The translations under genes were made by a program, and so were the position numbers. Shown piece by piece: positions 39,484 to 54,361 of a DNA stretch of 64,000 bases (within the stretch, counting starts at the first letter, position 1; each line of letters starts with the position of its first letter). The stretch spans positions 40,114,001 through 40,178,000 of the forward strand of contig NC_043000.1 in assembly GCF_006345805.1 (NCBI RefSeq), read 5' to 3'. This stretch comes from Octopus sinensis (taxonomy: Eukaryota). Below the pieces are notes generated by a model that saw only the letters and a program-made list of their open reading frames with translations, was not told the origin of the DNA and ran no database searches.

Positions 39484-39709
39484 TTGTGCGTGCGTAATAT
39501 TTGTGTTTACAGTAAGAAAGCGGTTGTAGATTATGTTAACGTATCTTTACGGCCAGTCATAACTGGCTCAAAAGTTTTTGGTAATCCAATTAATATCTAT
39601 GATAATACAAATGTTTTTACTTTATGAAGTATTGAGCAGTTAAACAAAATGTTAAAAATCGTTAAAATCTTACATTATGTATAACAGTTAAAAAATAGTC
39701 GACAATGGC

Positions 39710-40405
39710 GGCTAGCCGGCATGTTGGCACGCTAGGGAAAATGCTTAGCGGTATTTTGCCCGTCTTTACGTTCTGAGTTCAAATTCCGCCGAGAGCGACT
39801 TTGCTTTTCATCCTTTTGGGATTGATAAAATAAGTACCAGTTGGGCATTGGGATCAATGTAATCGGCTCACCTCTCTTTTTAAAACTGCTGGCCTTGTAC
39901 CAAAATTTGAAACGAATATCAATATTTCCTAAAGCAGCGAACTGGCAAATTAGCACGCAGGACATAATGCTTAGCGGTATTTCGCCCGTATTTATGTTCT
40001 GAGTTCAAATTCTGCCGAGATCAACTTTGCTTTTCATCATTTCGGAGTCGGTAAAATAAGTTTTCTAAGGCGGCGAGCTGGCAGAATGCTTAGCACGCCG
40101 GAAAAAATGCTTAGTGGCATTTCTTCCGTCTTTGTGTTCTGATCTGAAATTCCCCCGAGAGCGATTTTGCTTTTTGTTCTGTCGGAGTCGATAAAATAAG
40201 TACCAGTTGAGCATTGGGGTCGATGTAATCGACTTACCCCTCCCTTTAAAACTGCTGGCCTTGTGACAAAGTTTGAAGCGAATATTTATGTTTTCTAAGG
40301 CGGTGAGCACGCCGGACAAAATGATTAGCGGTATTTCGCCCGTCTTTACATTCTGAGTACAAATTCTGCCGAGGTGGGCTTTGACTTTCATCCTTTCGGG
40401 TCAAT
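39710..40405 (+). mobile_element. Tandem cluster of family B SINEs (4-5 partial units)
   Basis: Repeated ATGCTTAGCGGTATTTCG..TTCTGAGTTCAAATTC. Other copies at ~7400-7560, 11075-11685, 14495-14700, 26410-26645, 38150-38545, 44850-45185, 46697-46910. Confidence 0.85.
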
Positions 40406-40427
40406 ATATAATGTATAGTGGATGCGC

Positions 40428-40800
40428 AATGGCCCAGTGGTTAGGGCAGCGGATTCGCGATCATAGGATCGCGATTTCGATTCCCAGACCGGGCGTTGTG
40501 AGTGTTTATTGAGCGAAAACACCTAAAAGCTCCACGAGGCTCCGGTAGGGGATGGTGGTGATCCCTGCTGTACTCTTTCACTACAACTTTCTCTCACTCT
40601 TACTTCCTGTTTCTGTTGTACCTGTATTTCAAGGGGCCGGCCTTGTCACTCTCTGTCACGCTGAATATCCCCGAGAACTACGTTAAGGGTGCACGTGTCT
40701 GTGGAGTGCTCAGCCACTTACACGTTAATTTCACGAGCAGGCTATTCCGTTGATTCGGATCAACCGGAACCCTCATCGTCGTAACCGACGGAGTGCTTCC
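40428..40800 (+). mobile_element. tRNA-derived SINE (family D)
   Basis: A/B boxes TGGCCCAGTGG / TTTCGATTCC. A head-containing copy lies on minus at 12325-12627 and a tail copy at 61900-62030. Confidence 0.8.
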
Positions 40801-41180
40801 ATATAATGTATATGCGAGCCATAAGGAAATGTAAAAAAGAAAAACATTAAAATGGGTCAATACAAAAAGAAGCTACTGATAAGCTACATAATCTGAGACA
40901 AACTGTTTGAAAAGTTGAATTGGTCACGGTTGTAACGATTGCAAAAAAAAAAAAAAAAAGAAAAGAGAAGAAAGAAATTAACGATTTGTCAAAAGGTCAC
41001 TACTAAGTGTGGAGCCAGCGGTTTCATTTGACTTAACTCGTATGTGTGTATAATAGACTAAAATTAATATTCTGTCTGTTCTGCACGTTTATGCATTTAT
41101 TCAATCTCCCTTTCTCTTTCTTTAAGTTTACCAATTATGGAAAGTTATTCAATATAAGGGACATGCATGTAAGCGAGTAC

Positions 41181-41243
<63 letters not shown>

Positions 41244-41947
41244 CATACATACATACATACATACATACATACATACATACATGTTCTCACACATATGCAT
41301 TTATATCAATTATATTTATCTATATATGTGTGTATATATTGTATATATACATAAATATGCATGTGTGTGTATGTATATACGTATATACATATACATAGAA
41401 ACACATACGTATTTATGTACACGTATAATATGCACACACATACGTATAAATATATATTTATATGTATATGTATATGTGTGTGCGTGTATATATGCATGTG
41501 TGAGTATGTATGCACATATATATACACATTACTGATTATCTAGATACATCTGACGTTGTTTGCCAAGAATGACATTTACCAAGCTAGGACATCACGTCAT
41601 GATAGAAAGCATGAAAGCATTTCTGAAGAATTCAGAGATATTGACAGATACATGACTTTTAAACAGGATTACTTTAATCTGTGGTTATTCAATGTCAGAA
41701 TTAGTGAAGATAATATTGATTTCGTCGATGACACTGGTACATCAAAAGCTCTAGGAATGGGACGAGCCTATAGCAATTCAGGATTTGCTGGAAATTTGTA
41801 TGGTTAAGAAGTTCGTTTTACAACTACGTGGTTTCGGTTTTTGTCTCGTTGCTCTGTACCTTGGGCAAATATCTTCTACTATAACCCGACGGACGACCAA
41901 TGGCTTGTATGAATTTAATTGAGAGAAATTGTGTGGAAGCCAGTTAT

Positions 41948-42047
41948 NNNNNNNNNNNNNNNNNNNNNNNNNNNNNNNNNNNNNNNNNNNNNNNNNNNNN
42001 NNNNNNNNNNNNNNNNNNNNNNNNNNNNNNNNNNNNNNNNNNNNNNN
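41948..42047. other. Assembly gap (100 N)
   Basis: Run of N. Confidence 1.
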
Positions 42048-43369
42048 ATTTTTACTTTTATTCTACTTCCATTTATTCTCATTTTCATTTTCATCCCTTA
42101 CCTTAACTCTTATAATTTTTATAATTTTTATTTTTCATTTCTAACTATTACAATTGTATTCTTTTTTATACTGTATTTCTTACTTTTATTTCTAATTTTT
42201 ACCCTTACCCTCATCCTTACCCCTAACTTATCGCTTTACATCTCTCTAATATGTGTTTATTTACTTACCTATGGATTCACTTTTGACTATACGAGCGTCC
42301 GTGTACGTATGTATACGCATACATACACATACGCGCGCGTATATGTGCATGCGTATTTTGATTTCTTATAGCTATACCCATATGTCTGTGTGTGTGTGTG
42401 TAGGTGTATATGTGCACGCACATACGTACACACAGCCGTGTGTGCGTGCACGTATAGACGTGATTCCTTACATACGTTCTTATATACATCCTTTAATATC
42501 TTATATCTAGACCTGGAAGCGGGGCATATGCGTGTGTGTATGTAGGGATGGCGCGCGTATGTTCACATGTGAGTGTGTACACGTATAGTGTCCCGTGTAT
42601 ACATGCGGATATTCTGTTGTATGTATGTTGTGTGTACGCACGTGCGTGTGGGTGTGGTGTGCGTTATATATGCATGTTTACGCGCGAGTGCGTGTGTATG
42701 CTTATAGGCTTGAGGCGTATATGTACGCGTGTATATGGGTGTATGTATCCATGTTGTATGTATGTAACTAGAAGTCCAAACAATCAAGGACCAGATTAAA
42801 CGCTCACAGCTCTGATTTACAATACATTAGGTCCCTAGACGAAACTGTTGATTTACTGACAATTCTACAACTAAATTTTATCAATCTCCTGACCACCATG
42901 CTTGGTCCGTACCTCTATACATCCCTTATCTTTATATTTTTTTATATTTTGTTTACATTTTTATCATGTTTTTTTTTGCTTTTATTTCTATTTCTATCTT
43001 ACTTTATAACCTTATGCCTTTACATTTATTATATTTCTTTATATTCTTTATATTCTTTATACCCCCTTTACATCTCCTTATATCTCTTTATATCTTTATG
43101 CTCTACATTTTTATATTTATCTATACTTACACTTTTTATACATTTTTTATTCCCTCGTCCTGAATTCTCGCCCCTCCATCTTCACGTATATACATGTATT
43201 TATTTATTTACTTACTTCACATCCAATTTTCCTCATCCTACATTGAGAGAAGAAAGAGATGGACGCTTAATTCTACGCTGCTGCCGCATTATGTCGTACG
43301 CGAATGAGAGGATTTGCAATCCCCAACCAAGAATTTTTGATGTAACACATGTCCTTGTGGAGCTGTTGT

Positions 43370-43452
43370 GCGCGGCTGAAGAAGGCCACAGACATACATT
43401 ATGCATTGTTTTATAAATCTTCTAATAAAGGCCCGAAACATATGTACCACGC
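43370..43452 (+). ncRNA. Type I hammerhead ribozyme with long loop II
   Basis: GCGCGG-CTGAAGA-A-GGCC-(42 nt)-GGCC-C-GAAA-CATAT-GTA-CCACGC. Stem I 5 of 6 bp, palindromic stem III, GUA cleavage after 43446. Confidence 0.72.
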
Positions 43453-43484
43453 TGAATCCTTCGCATCATGTGTTGATTTTGACA

Positions 43485-43529
<45 letters not shown>

Positions 43530-43984
43530 AATATATGCATTTAAAGATGCATAGTATGCATATATATGTGCGTGTATGTATGTGTGTGTACGTGTGTATG
43601 TGTGTGTTTGTGTGCGTGCGTATATGCGTGTGTGTGTGTGTACCAGCGTAAAAGTTCTCTTTGACTTTTGAGTTATTGCTTTCCGAATAAAAAGTTTGGG
43701 ACACAAAAATGCCATGCAACCACTTTTATGCCTGTAAATAATTTTAAAAAATCATTTCACAGTCCATTACGTATGTATGCTATTATTAAGTTTTATTTAA
43801 AAATGTATTGCAAAATGATAAGCCGGTTTCTAACCTACATCGAAGGTTCCTTCAGTGGAATTTCAACATCAATAGGATATTTTTGTATGTATGTTTGTAT
43901 ATATGCTGTATTTGGGGTCACTGCATTTATAAATGTGTATGTTTTAATTCATGTATGTATCCTCATACATGTAGTTACATATCT

Positions 43985-44215
43985 TGACATGCTCATATGA
44001 CTTAAATGAAAAACTTCTAGGAAGTTTTACAAATTTTTGAATCAGCTTTCTCCTTTCTGGTTTCGAGAAGCCTAATTTCTCAAGAATGGTACATTGGCAG
44101 TGTGTTACATATCCCAGTTCCCCAATGATTACAGGTATAAAGCTGTACATGTAATCTGAGTAGAATAATAGTAGATCTCTCAATAGTTCAGCATAGGTCT
44201 CTTTCACTGACCTTC
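43985..44215 (-). mobile_element. 3' fragment of a REL-endonuclease LINE
   Basis: KETYAELLRDLLLFYSDYMYSFIPVIIGELGYVTHC..LEKLGFSKPERRKLI. Confidence 0.8.
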
Positions 44216-44712
44216 AGTTTTATGTTAACGTTCGCTGGGCAACTGATGTGTGTATGTATGTATGTATCCTTTATCTCTTACTCATTTGAGTTATTGGACT
44301 ATGACCAACCTAGGGCACCGCCTTGGAGGGTTAGTAGATATTTTTTTAAATATATTTTCTATATGTACTTCTGTATTCATATTTATACACTGTATATGCG
44401 ATATATCAAACTTGCTAGAGAGTTCGCTTCGGATCGACTCTATACTTGTGAGTGAAACTGAAGAGGCAGAGACTATATGACAGCGTGTCCGATAGCCCGT
44501 AGCTGTAATCTAAAGGTTTAGGTTTTGTATTCAATTAGTGACACAAATTCGGTCTGAAATTTACGTTAATGGTACATATGTCTGCGGAATAAGCAACCGC
44601 TTGCATGCTGATTGAATGAAAAAGTAGTTTCATTGACCTAACAACTGAAAACTGGTCGGAAATTTTGACCTAGGTTCACTTTATTCGCACACGCACACAC
44701 ATTCGAACTCTT

Positions 44713-44749
<37 letters not shown>

Positions 44750-45455
44750 TACATACACGCGCGCGCACACACAAACATGCGCGCGCACACACACAAGCAC
44801 ACACACATGATCACACGCAAACACATTCACACAGACGTAGTTGTACTGTGCGCATGAGAACCAGTTGAGCACTGGGCACGATGCAATTGACTTAGGCGCC
44901 CCTTCGAAATTGCTATGCATTTCGCCCGGTGTGCTAACGATTCTGCCAGCGCGCCGCCTTAATTAGAATAATAATAATCCTTTCTACTAAAGCCCAAAGC
45001 CTGAAATTTGATGGGAGAGGACTAGTCGATTACATCGACCTCATTGTTTTCCTGGTACTTAATTTATCAATCCCGCTAGGATGAACGGCAAAGTCGACTT
45101 CAGCGGAAGTTGAATACAGCATGTATAGACGGACGAAATACTGTTAAGCACAGCGTGCTAATGATTCTGCCAGCTCACCGCCTTAAAGCAGCCTGTAATA
45201 ATAATTTAAGTTGGTTAAATATAATCGACCGTCGAGGAATCGTTGTGATTAATGCAGACCATAGAATAACATTTGTGTGTGTATGTATGTGTGTGTATGT
45301 ATGTGTGTGTACATATATGCATACGTATATATTTCTATATATATACACATATACACACATACACACACACAATATATATATATGTATGCATATACATACA
45401 TATATACATATATATATGTGTATGTATGTATGTGTATGTGCGTGTATGTGTGGTG

Positions 45456-45495
<40 letters not shown>

Positions 45496-45772
45496 AGTAT
45501 AAAATTAATGATGACCATCTGTTTGACTATACAACAATATACATTTCCAAAGAAGAATATTGTGGAAAAGGAAAATGCACTCCGAAAGGCCGGAGGGACA
45601 GAGTTTTTCTAGTTGATGCATTTTGCATGAGTTAAATTGGTTTCCAGTAACAATATGTGTCACTTATTTTCATTGAACGCATAAAATTATATGCCTTGAT
45701 GCATTGTCGGATTCAGAGCGTCGCGTCCATACGAGTGGTCTATGCATGGATGTGTGTGTTGTGTGTGTTGTG

Positions 45773-45803
<31 letters not shown>

Positions 45804-46163
45804 GTGTGTGTGTGCGTGCGTGTGTGCGCGTGTGCGTGCGCGTGTGCATGACTATATTGTATATACAGATAAACGCCTACCGTGAAATATAAAAAAAAAA
45901 ACGTTTTCAGTTTATCGCACTTGGATACAAAAAAATCTACAACTTTCCGTCTCAATAAACCACTACTGTCCCTGAAAGTTGTTTTTTTTTTTCATGTATT
46001 TACTACGGATTTTCATATATTTACTACTTGAATAAAAACAGGGCAGTGGAAACATAGAAGGAAACTGGACGAAACTAAACATGGAGGGTTGTTAGACCAG
46101 AGCGAGAGGAAAATAGTGAACGCTGGGACAAATATTTTCTTTGAAGAGAGAAATATATATATA

Positions 46164-46660
46164 TTGGTCTGATCAATAAAATTTCCGGGCTGTTGCCACA
46201 GCAACGAATCTAAAGCACACAGAGTGAAGCCGCATAGCACTAATTGACCTTCAACTCTGCTGTGCATGCGCACTAAGTTTTAACGTTTTAGCTCACTTCC
46301 TCTGCTTGCAGCAGTGCTTGGAAGAAAGGTGTATAGCATGTGATCGTCGCACTGACCATGACAGAGAAAGTTGAGCAGAGAATCTGGAGTAAATTTTGCC
46401 AAAAGCTTGGCGATACCTGCTCAGAGGCCTACGTAAAGTTTTCAAGAAGTTTTCATCCATCTCGATAGAATCAAAGAGATCCTGTGCAACTGAAATCCGA
46501 GTGTCTCTTTTTGGTCAGCTGAAAGCAGTTTTGGTACAAACCTTGCAGGTACGCGTCTCATGCCCAAATCTTCAGTGATAATGGACTGAACTGAAACGTG
46601 ACTAATCTGTTCATCCTCTGATAACTCACGGATGGTGATTCAACAATTTCCCCTACTCTT
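46164..46660 (-). mobile_element. Second, truncated copy of the same rearranged mariner
   Basis: MTEKVEQRIWSKFCQKLGDTCSEAY on plus is joined at ~46440 to inverted FVPKLLSADQK coding sequence, with the same junction as 54600. Confidence 0.8.
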
Positions 46661-48409
46661 TAATTTTCTTGAACAAAGCTTTTCTATGCTCCACTAAGGC
46701 GGTGAGCTGGCAGGAACGTTAGCATGCTGGGCGAAATGCTTAGCGGTATTTCGTCTGTCTTTACGTTCTAAGTTCAAAATGCGCCGAGGTCCACTTTGCC
46801 TTTCATCCTTTCAGCATCGATAGATTAAGTACCAGTTGCATACTGGGGTCGATCTAATCGACTGACCCTTCCTCCAAAATTTCGGGCTTTGTCCCTAGAG
46901 TAGGAAAAAATATTTCCAACACACTAACTCGAACTATAAACTGTACCTGGACTTCGAGGACCACACTAGGAACTGCAGACTACGTCAGACCGCTACTATT
47001 TATATGTAGTGAACCCGTCTATTTTCGTCAGAGGGTGTCGTACTCTCGCCACAACAAAATGAAAGTAAACAGTACACGATGAGGTTTTGAAAGCAATAGG
47101 TGAGAGCTAATCCATATATAAAGAGAGTGAGTGTCAAAGAGTATGGTGAATATATATTGAAATACATGCATGCACACACTCACACACACACACACACATA
47201 CACAACACACCACACACAACACACACACACACACAAAGACACACACACACAAAGACACATATACAAACACACACACATGCATATATTCATGAATGAGTGT
47301 GTGGTATCTCTTTTTGTGTGTGCAGTTATGTGTGTGTGTATGTGTTTGTGTGTGCGTGGGTGTGTGCATCTGTGTGGATGCAAGTGATGTTATAGAAGGC
47401 CAGCAATGTTCAGGAGTGGGTTTAAGTGGATTACATTGACCTCAGACTCCGAAAGGACGAAATTGCAGATAGAATATCAAATGTCGAACATAACAATAGC
47501 AATGATATTGAAATGACGAAGCCAGCTCTGAGAACGGTTGTGCTGAAGTTATGGTGTATGACATCATCCCATGAGTCTTCTGCCAAACATTTAATATATG
47601 ATTTAAATAGTATAAGACATAAACCTACACACACACACCACACACACACATACGACGAGCTTCTTTTAATTTCCATCTATCAAATACACTCACAAGACCT
47701 TATTCAACCGGATCTCTTGCAGAAGACGCTTGCTCAAGATACTATGCAATGGGACTGAACCTGGAACCATGTGTTTGGGCAGCAAACGTCTTATTACACA
47801 GCCATGTCTCTGCCTTTAACAGTTACTTTTCCATTATACCTTTTCTATTTTTCTTTTATGGAAAATAAGGTGAATACTATCGGATTATACTTTGGGGTAT
47901 ATTTTGCATATAATTTTATCAATGGCTCACTTTTCACATTGATCAGCAATGGTTTATCTACTGTTCTGAAACGAAATTTTTCGATTCACGCGTTATTACT
48001 GTTGCTGGTGGTGGATGCTACTTCTAGTATTATTCTAGTAGATTCATTTTTATTTAATCTCTTGACCTTTTTTGTGAAGTTTAGTTTTTTCACCCTGCTT
48101 TTGAAAAGCCTACTTCAATCTTTTTTTCTTTTTCGTCATGTGTTGTAATGGGGTGTGGTTTGAGCAAATATAAATTAGAATATTTATGCTCAAATATCTA
48201 CCACATCGCTTTGATGCCTGAGGAAGTGTGTGAAAGACCAGTCGACAGGCAATAGGTCATGTTTAATTGCAAGCCGTTTGTTTAATGCAGATCCATAATG
48301 TGGAGGAATGTGTGCACCGAAATAAATGTGTTTGGTCTACTTTTGGATTAATGGGAACTAAGAGTACAGTATACCATGCAGTGGTCTGAAAAAAGAGTTT
48401 TCACAACAC

Positions 48410-48509
<100 letters not shown>

Positions 48510-48615
48510 CGCACACACACATACACACACACACACACACACATTTCTCACTCCGAGTCTTTCACCGAAATCTTTCACCTTTTACTGTGTATCTATCTGT
48601 CTATCTCTCTCTCTC

Positions 48616-48655
<40 letters not shown>

Positions 48656-49562
48656 TCTTTTATTCTCTTGTTCCTGTCATTTGATTGCGGTCATGCGGAG
48701 GCACCGCCTTGTAGAGCCTTTAGTAGAACAAACTGATCAATAGGACTAATTTTCTTAAGCCTAGTACTTATTCTATCTTTTGCCGAATCGTTCATTTATG
48801 GGGACGTAAGCACACCAACATCGGTTGTCAATCGGTGATGGGGGGAAAACACAGACACACACACTCACATACACACATATACATATGTATATGTACGACG
48901 GGCTTCTTTCAGTTTCTTTCTACTTGGTCGGTTCAAGGCTAAAGTAGGAAACACTTTCCCGAGATTCCAAGCAGTGAGACTGAACCCGGAACCATGTGAT
49001 TGGGAAGAAACCTTCTTACCACTCAGTCACGCCTGAACCTATAATATCTCTCTATCTATATCGTGAGAGAATATGGCCTAGTGGTTAGGGTATTGCATTC
49101 ACGATTGCGAGATCGTGATTTCAATTAATGGACCAGAAGTGCATTGTGTTCTTGAGCACAACACCTCCTCTACGTTGATCTGCGGACACCTGACACATGG
49201 TACACCGTGCACCTGTTCAGCTCAAACATCTGATCACTACATGCAAATTATTTGTGAAACTTGCAGCACCGTCTTTCTCGGACTACGATAGACTGCTATC
49301 ATACAAACTACTGGGCCTAAAACGCTTTTGTTGTATCGCGTTGGCTCAAGTACGAATTGTGAGAGGAAGTAAAAGATACCCAATTAAAGTTTAAACAGCA
49401 ACTCTACAGGGTTGAAATATAAAATGTAATTGACTTGCTCCAAACGTTTGCGGGAAAATCTGCATAAGGAAGGTTGAAGTTACTTATGATTAATATGCTT
49501 TCATAATTGCATTTTTAGATAAAGGACTTCACACACACACACACTCATACACATACAGCTCA

Positions 49563-49842
49563 ATAAAATGTAAGCATAGCAGACCAGACAGAGTGATTTA
49601 GGACAGAGAATAGAAACTATGTACAGCAAAGGAAATCCGTGGCTCAGCGGATGTTAACACGAAGCTAAAGATCAGCGGAAAAGAATACACCTACGCTGAA
49701 CTAGTGAGAAATTTACAGCTACTCCACCCGGATTATGAGTTCAGATTTATACACGTAATTATTGGGACACTAGGCTATGTAACAAACTGCCTCAGCACCA
49801 GTTTTGAGGAATTAGGTTTCTCAAAACGGGGAAAGAAACATT
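49563..49842 (+). mobile_element. 3' fragment of a REL-endonuclease LINE, including the PD..D/E motif
   Basis: IKCKHSRPDRVI*DRE*KLCTAKEIRGSADVNTKLKISGKEYTYAELVRNLQLLHPDYEFRFIHVIIGTLGY. Confidence 0.8.
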
Positions 49843-50878
49843 GACACATTGCAAGATCATATTGACTCTAACAGAACAGTTATTCGACAGAGAGGAACAT
49901 TTCCGCCTATATGTATCATGGGTATTTTAATACATAGCCCATTATGAATCTATCAGAATACGTAAAAACTTTCCAAAAGTTTAGTACACAGGCACATGTC
50001 AAGACGGACAGCTATATGTATGAGCATACTTACATACGTAAAGCAAAACATACAGAACTGCACGTGCGCTGTCTCCAAATACTTGCACATATACACTCTA
50101 CACGCATAATTACGGTGTTGATGTTTTTGAAATTCAATGAAGGTGCCGATGATCTAGGTTAGAAACTGGTTCTTTGTCCATTTACAAGAAATCTAGTAAT
50201 AGAACATGCATATATACATAATACACACATACTCATGTGAGTGGTGCGCGTGTGTGTGTATGTGTGTGTGAGTTTATGTGTGTACGTACACAAATCTTAT
50301 TGTTGGATGTTCCTTATCCTGTGCCTTTGAAGTTAACAGTACGAAAGTTAATTCTAACTGCTTTCACCCTCTCAATCAGAATTGTATCTCTCTCGTCTTC
50401 TCTCTCTCTCTCTTTTCTCTCTCTCTCTCTCTTTCTTATCCTATCTTTTTTTCTCTATTTCCACCTTTTTGTATTCTTTCTCTTCTACCACACTCCCGAG
50501 CTCGCATGCATTTACAAAATGAACTCTGTATTCTTACGCTGACAAGCAAGTAAACAGTCCAACTTTCATGTAACCGTGACACTATAAATATCTTTGATTA
50601 CAACTCCGCTGATTGTCTCACGCACTTTAACGTCCGCGCTTTCTCTGATAAGAGCAGCAGATATTAACCCTCAAATTTAAGGGTGTCACTCGAGCAGTGA
50701 TATAACGACAGTATTTAACCAATTGACTTGGTTAAACCGACAGCTATGCAAACATTTCGAATTTCTCTTCTACTGGCTCTTTCAATGTAGATACTGATAG
50801 TACTTTAATGAGAAGATAATAGGCCTTTCTCCCCCTACCTAATATAAATAGCTTACTTCTGCATGTGTCAATTGTGTT

Positions 50879-50932
<54 letters not shown>

Positions 50933-51699
50933 TTAGTATTGTGTATAAGCCTATGTGCTGTGCGCTTGTGTGCGTTTTGTTTGATGTATCATACGCACAT
51001 GTACAGGCATATTTATATATACATATATAGATACATGCACATACACACATATAGTTATGTACATACATACACAAACGTATATATACAAATACACACACAT
51101 TTATATATATACATATATACATATGTTTACACATGTGTATATACATGCATACACACACACACACCACATATATATACATATATAAATACATATATATTGC
51201 ACACATACACACACTGACCCACACAGTCTAATCCTATTCTATTATATCATTATACAAAGTTTATATATCGTGTTAGCCACACAACAAAAGAGCTACGAAA
51301 TGACAAGTTAATTTCTTCATTAGAAATACCCATTGATACATATAGGCGGACCCTTTCTTTCCTCTCTGTCGAATAACTGTTCTGTTTTGACAATGATCTT
51401 GCAATGTGTCATACAATGAGATCCCAGTCAGTAAATGCAAGGCAAATTATCTTTTTATTACACTTTTGAACACGACTCGCCTTCCCTAGAGATTTTTTTC
51501 AAATTGTCTTATTAATCACGTTTCATTTTCACTTTCGTCAGTTAAGCCGGTTCCTTAACATGTCGCCATACTGAAAAGTCATTATAGATATATGTTTAAG
51601 GATGTATATTTAGGCGTATATGTATATGCATGTATCATGTATATATGTATCTTCGTAAATATATGTGTGTGTATTTATATATGTATGTATGTATTTATG

Positions 51700-52234
51700 T
51701 AGTGCTACATACATACATACATACATACATAACATACAAACATACATACATACCTACATACAGCATGCATACATACATGCATGCATGCATGCATGCATGC
51801 ATGCATGCACATGCATACATACACATACATACATACATACATACATACATACATACATACACATACATACACACATACAACACAATCATACACACATACA
51901 TACACGCATACATAACCATACATACACATACATACACAATACACACACACATACACACACACATACATACACACATACACAAACATACACACATAACACA
52001 CATACACACACACATACACACACATACACACACATACACACACACATACACACACACATACACACACACATACACACACACATACACACATACACACACA
52101 CATACACACACACATACACACACACATACATACACACACACACACATACACACACACACACACACACATACACACACACATACACGCACACATACACACA
52201 CACATACACACACACATACACACACACACACACA

Positions 52235-52272
<38 letters not shown>

Positions 52273-52325
52273 TACATACATACATACATACATACATACA
52301 TACATACATACATACATACACACAA
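51700..52325. repeat. Long compound (TACA)n/(CA)n microsatellite
   Basis: Direct reading; source of the 200-270 aa HT/YI ORFs. Confidence 0.95.
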
Positions 52326-52629
52326 GCCTCATTGTGTCAGATAATAGCCGTCTCACAATCAGCCTTATTACTTTCACCCTTGCATGTTCTGGTTGTCTCT
52401 TTTCAGAATTTCCCATTCGAGAAGGCTAAATAGCCAGAAACACGCCTGGGAAATCTGCTAGTGGGACGCATTGGGCAGATATGGTGTTTTACATATTTTA
52501 CAATAAAAGAGAATTTGTTCTCGGTAACTGCAGTGAATTTGTCTTAGAAGTTAAGATATGTGAAAATATATTTTAACTAAACTAAAGTTCATACATATAT
52601 ACTCAGATATAAATGAACGCAAATGTTTA

Positions 52630-52728
52630 AAATTTACGACAGCTGCTTAAGTAGAACTTTATTGATGTATTCATAGATTACGTTAGATTACATTATGACA
52701 TATAATCCACCATCTTCAGGCTAAATTT
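52630..52728 (-). pseudogene. Inactivated HHR copy of the 6040-6126 family
   Basis: Minus strand reads AAATTTAGC-CTGAAGA-TGGTGG...TAAG-CAGCT-GTC-GTAAATTT, with GAAA mutated to TAAG. Shares TTTTATTGATG and CCATCTTCAG with the 6.1-kb copy. Confidence 0.45.
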
Positions 52729-52816
52729 TAAACTGGTATAAATAGATGAGGTAAAACCTTGATGATGAGGAATTCGACAACGAATCTTATACTTATATAC
52801 ATATGTATGCATGTAT

Positions 52817-52859
<43 letters not shown>

Positions 52860-53021
52860 GACACACACACATATATATATATATACATTCATACACATAT
52901 GCACTCACGCATATATATATGTATGTGGGTATAATCGTGTATACATATATATATATATATATACCCATACATATATACTTTCGTATATGCATATGTGTGT
53001 GTGCATGTGTGTGTATGTGTG

Positions 53022-53057
<36 letters not shown>

Positions 53058-53825
53058 ATGTGTGTGTCTCATTGTAAATTACTCCTATACAGTCTCCGCG
53101 ACGCTATACAGTAGCAAGTACTCTTTCATCCTTCAGCCCTATAACAAAGAGCTACTTAATAGCTTTAGATACCAATAAAGCCTTTTAGATTTTTGTAGTA
53201 CATTTTTAGATCTTCACAGCTTATCAAGAAATAGAAGTGGAGTTATCTGTGAAACCACATCTCTACTTAGACATCAATCTTATTAACAACGGCTGTAGGG
53301 GTTGGCTTGTTGTTTAGAGCAGGGTGGTTTTAGGAACTTTATCTGGGGTGCTAGTTGAAGTATGTATGTATATATGTAGTATGTATGTATATATGTAGTA
53401 TGTATGTAGTATGTATGTACGTATGGAGCATTATGCGTATATGTATGCATGTATGTGTGTATATGTGTATGCCTGCCTGTAAGTATGTGTATGAATTCAT
53501 GTACATGTGTATGTGTGCATGCATGTATTTATGTATGTGTGTATAATGTCTGTATGTATTTATGTATGTATGTCATATGCGTTTGCCCATGAATGTGTAC
53601 ATATACATGTGTGTATATATACATATATATATATACATATATATGTATGAATGTTTTTATGTATATATATATATAATATATATGCATACACGTATATATG
53701 TGTGTATGTGTATGTATGTGCATGTGTGTGTATGTTTATATGTGTATAAGCGTGCATATTTTTTATTTCTATGTATATACGTATGTATAAAAGTATGTTT
53801 GCATATGCATATATGCATTCTATCG

Positions 53826-53915
<90 letters not shown>

Positions 53916-54361
53916 ATCTATTCATACAAGCGTTCATGCATACATAAATACACACACGCATACACATAGACAGACACACCCAGCCACACACATATACATA
54001 TATAAGCATACATATATGCGCATATATATTTGTGTAAGTATTTATATGTTAAATATTTATACGTAGGTTATTATGTATTTGTGTTTATGTTATGTATATA
54101 CGTGCAATATATGCAAGCATATATGCAAGTATGTAGTTATATGTGTATATGTGCATGTATTTGTAGATATACATTTCTATGTCTGCATTTGTCGATCTTT
54201 TATATATATATGCATGTATGTATGTATGTATGTATGTATGTATGTATGTATGTATGTATGTATGTATGTATTGTATGTATGCATGTATGTATGTATGTCA
54301 GTATGTATGTATGCATAAAGGTATATTATAGCATGTATGTGTGTGTTTACACACACACATA

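Noticed and set aside
41556-41807. 83-aa ORF as a host exon
   Set aside because: No recognisable domain. Part of it resembles 38885-38925 (repeat-like), and it ends in a SINE head.
47771-48148. Hydrophobic 125-aa ORF as a membrane protein
   Set aside because: It starts inside a SINE, and the hydrophobicity reflects T-rich composition.
51630-52433. Long ORFs (200-270 aa) and the many HT/YI/CV/poly-X ORFs across the window
   Set aside because: They are translations of microsatellites that lack stop codons.
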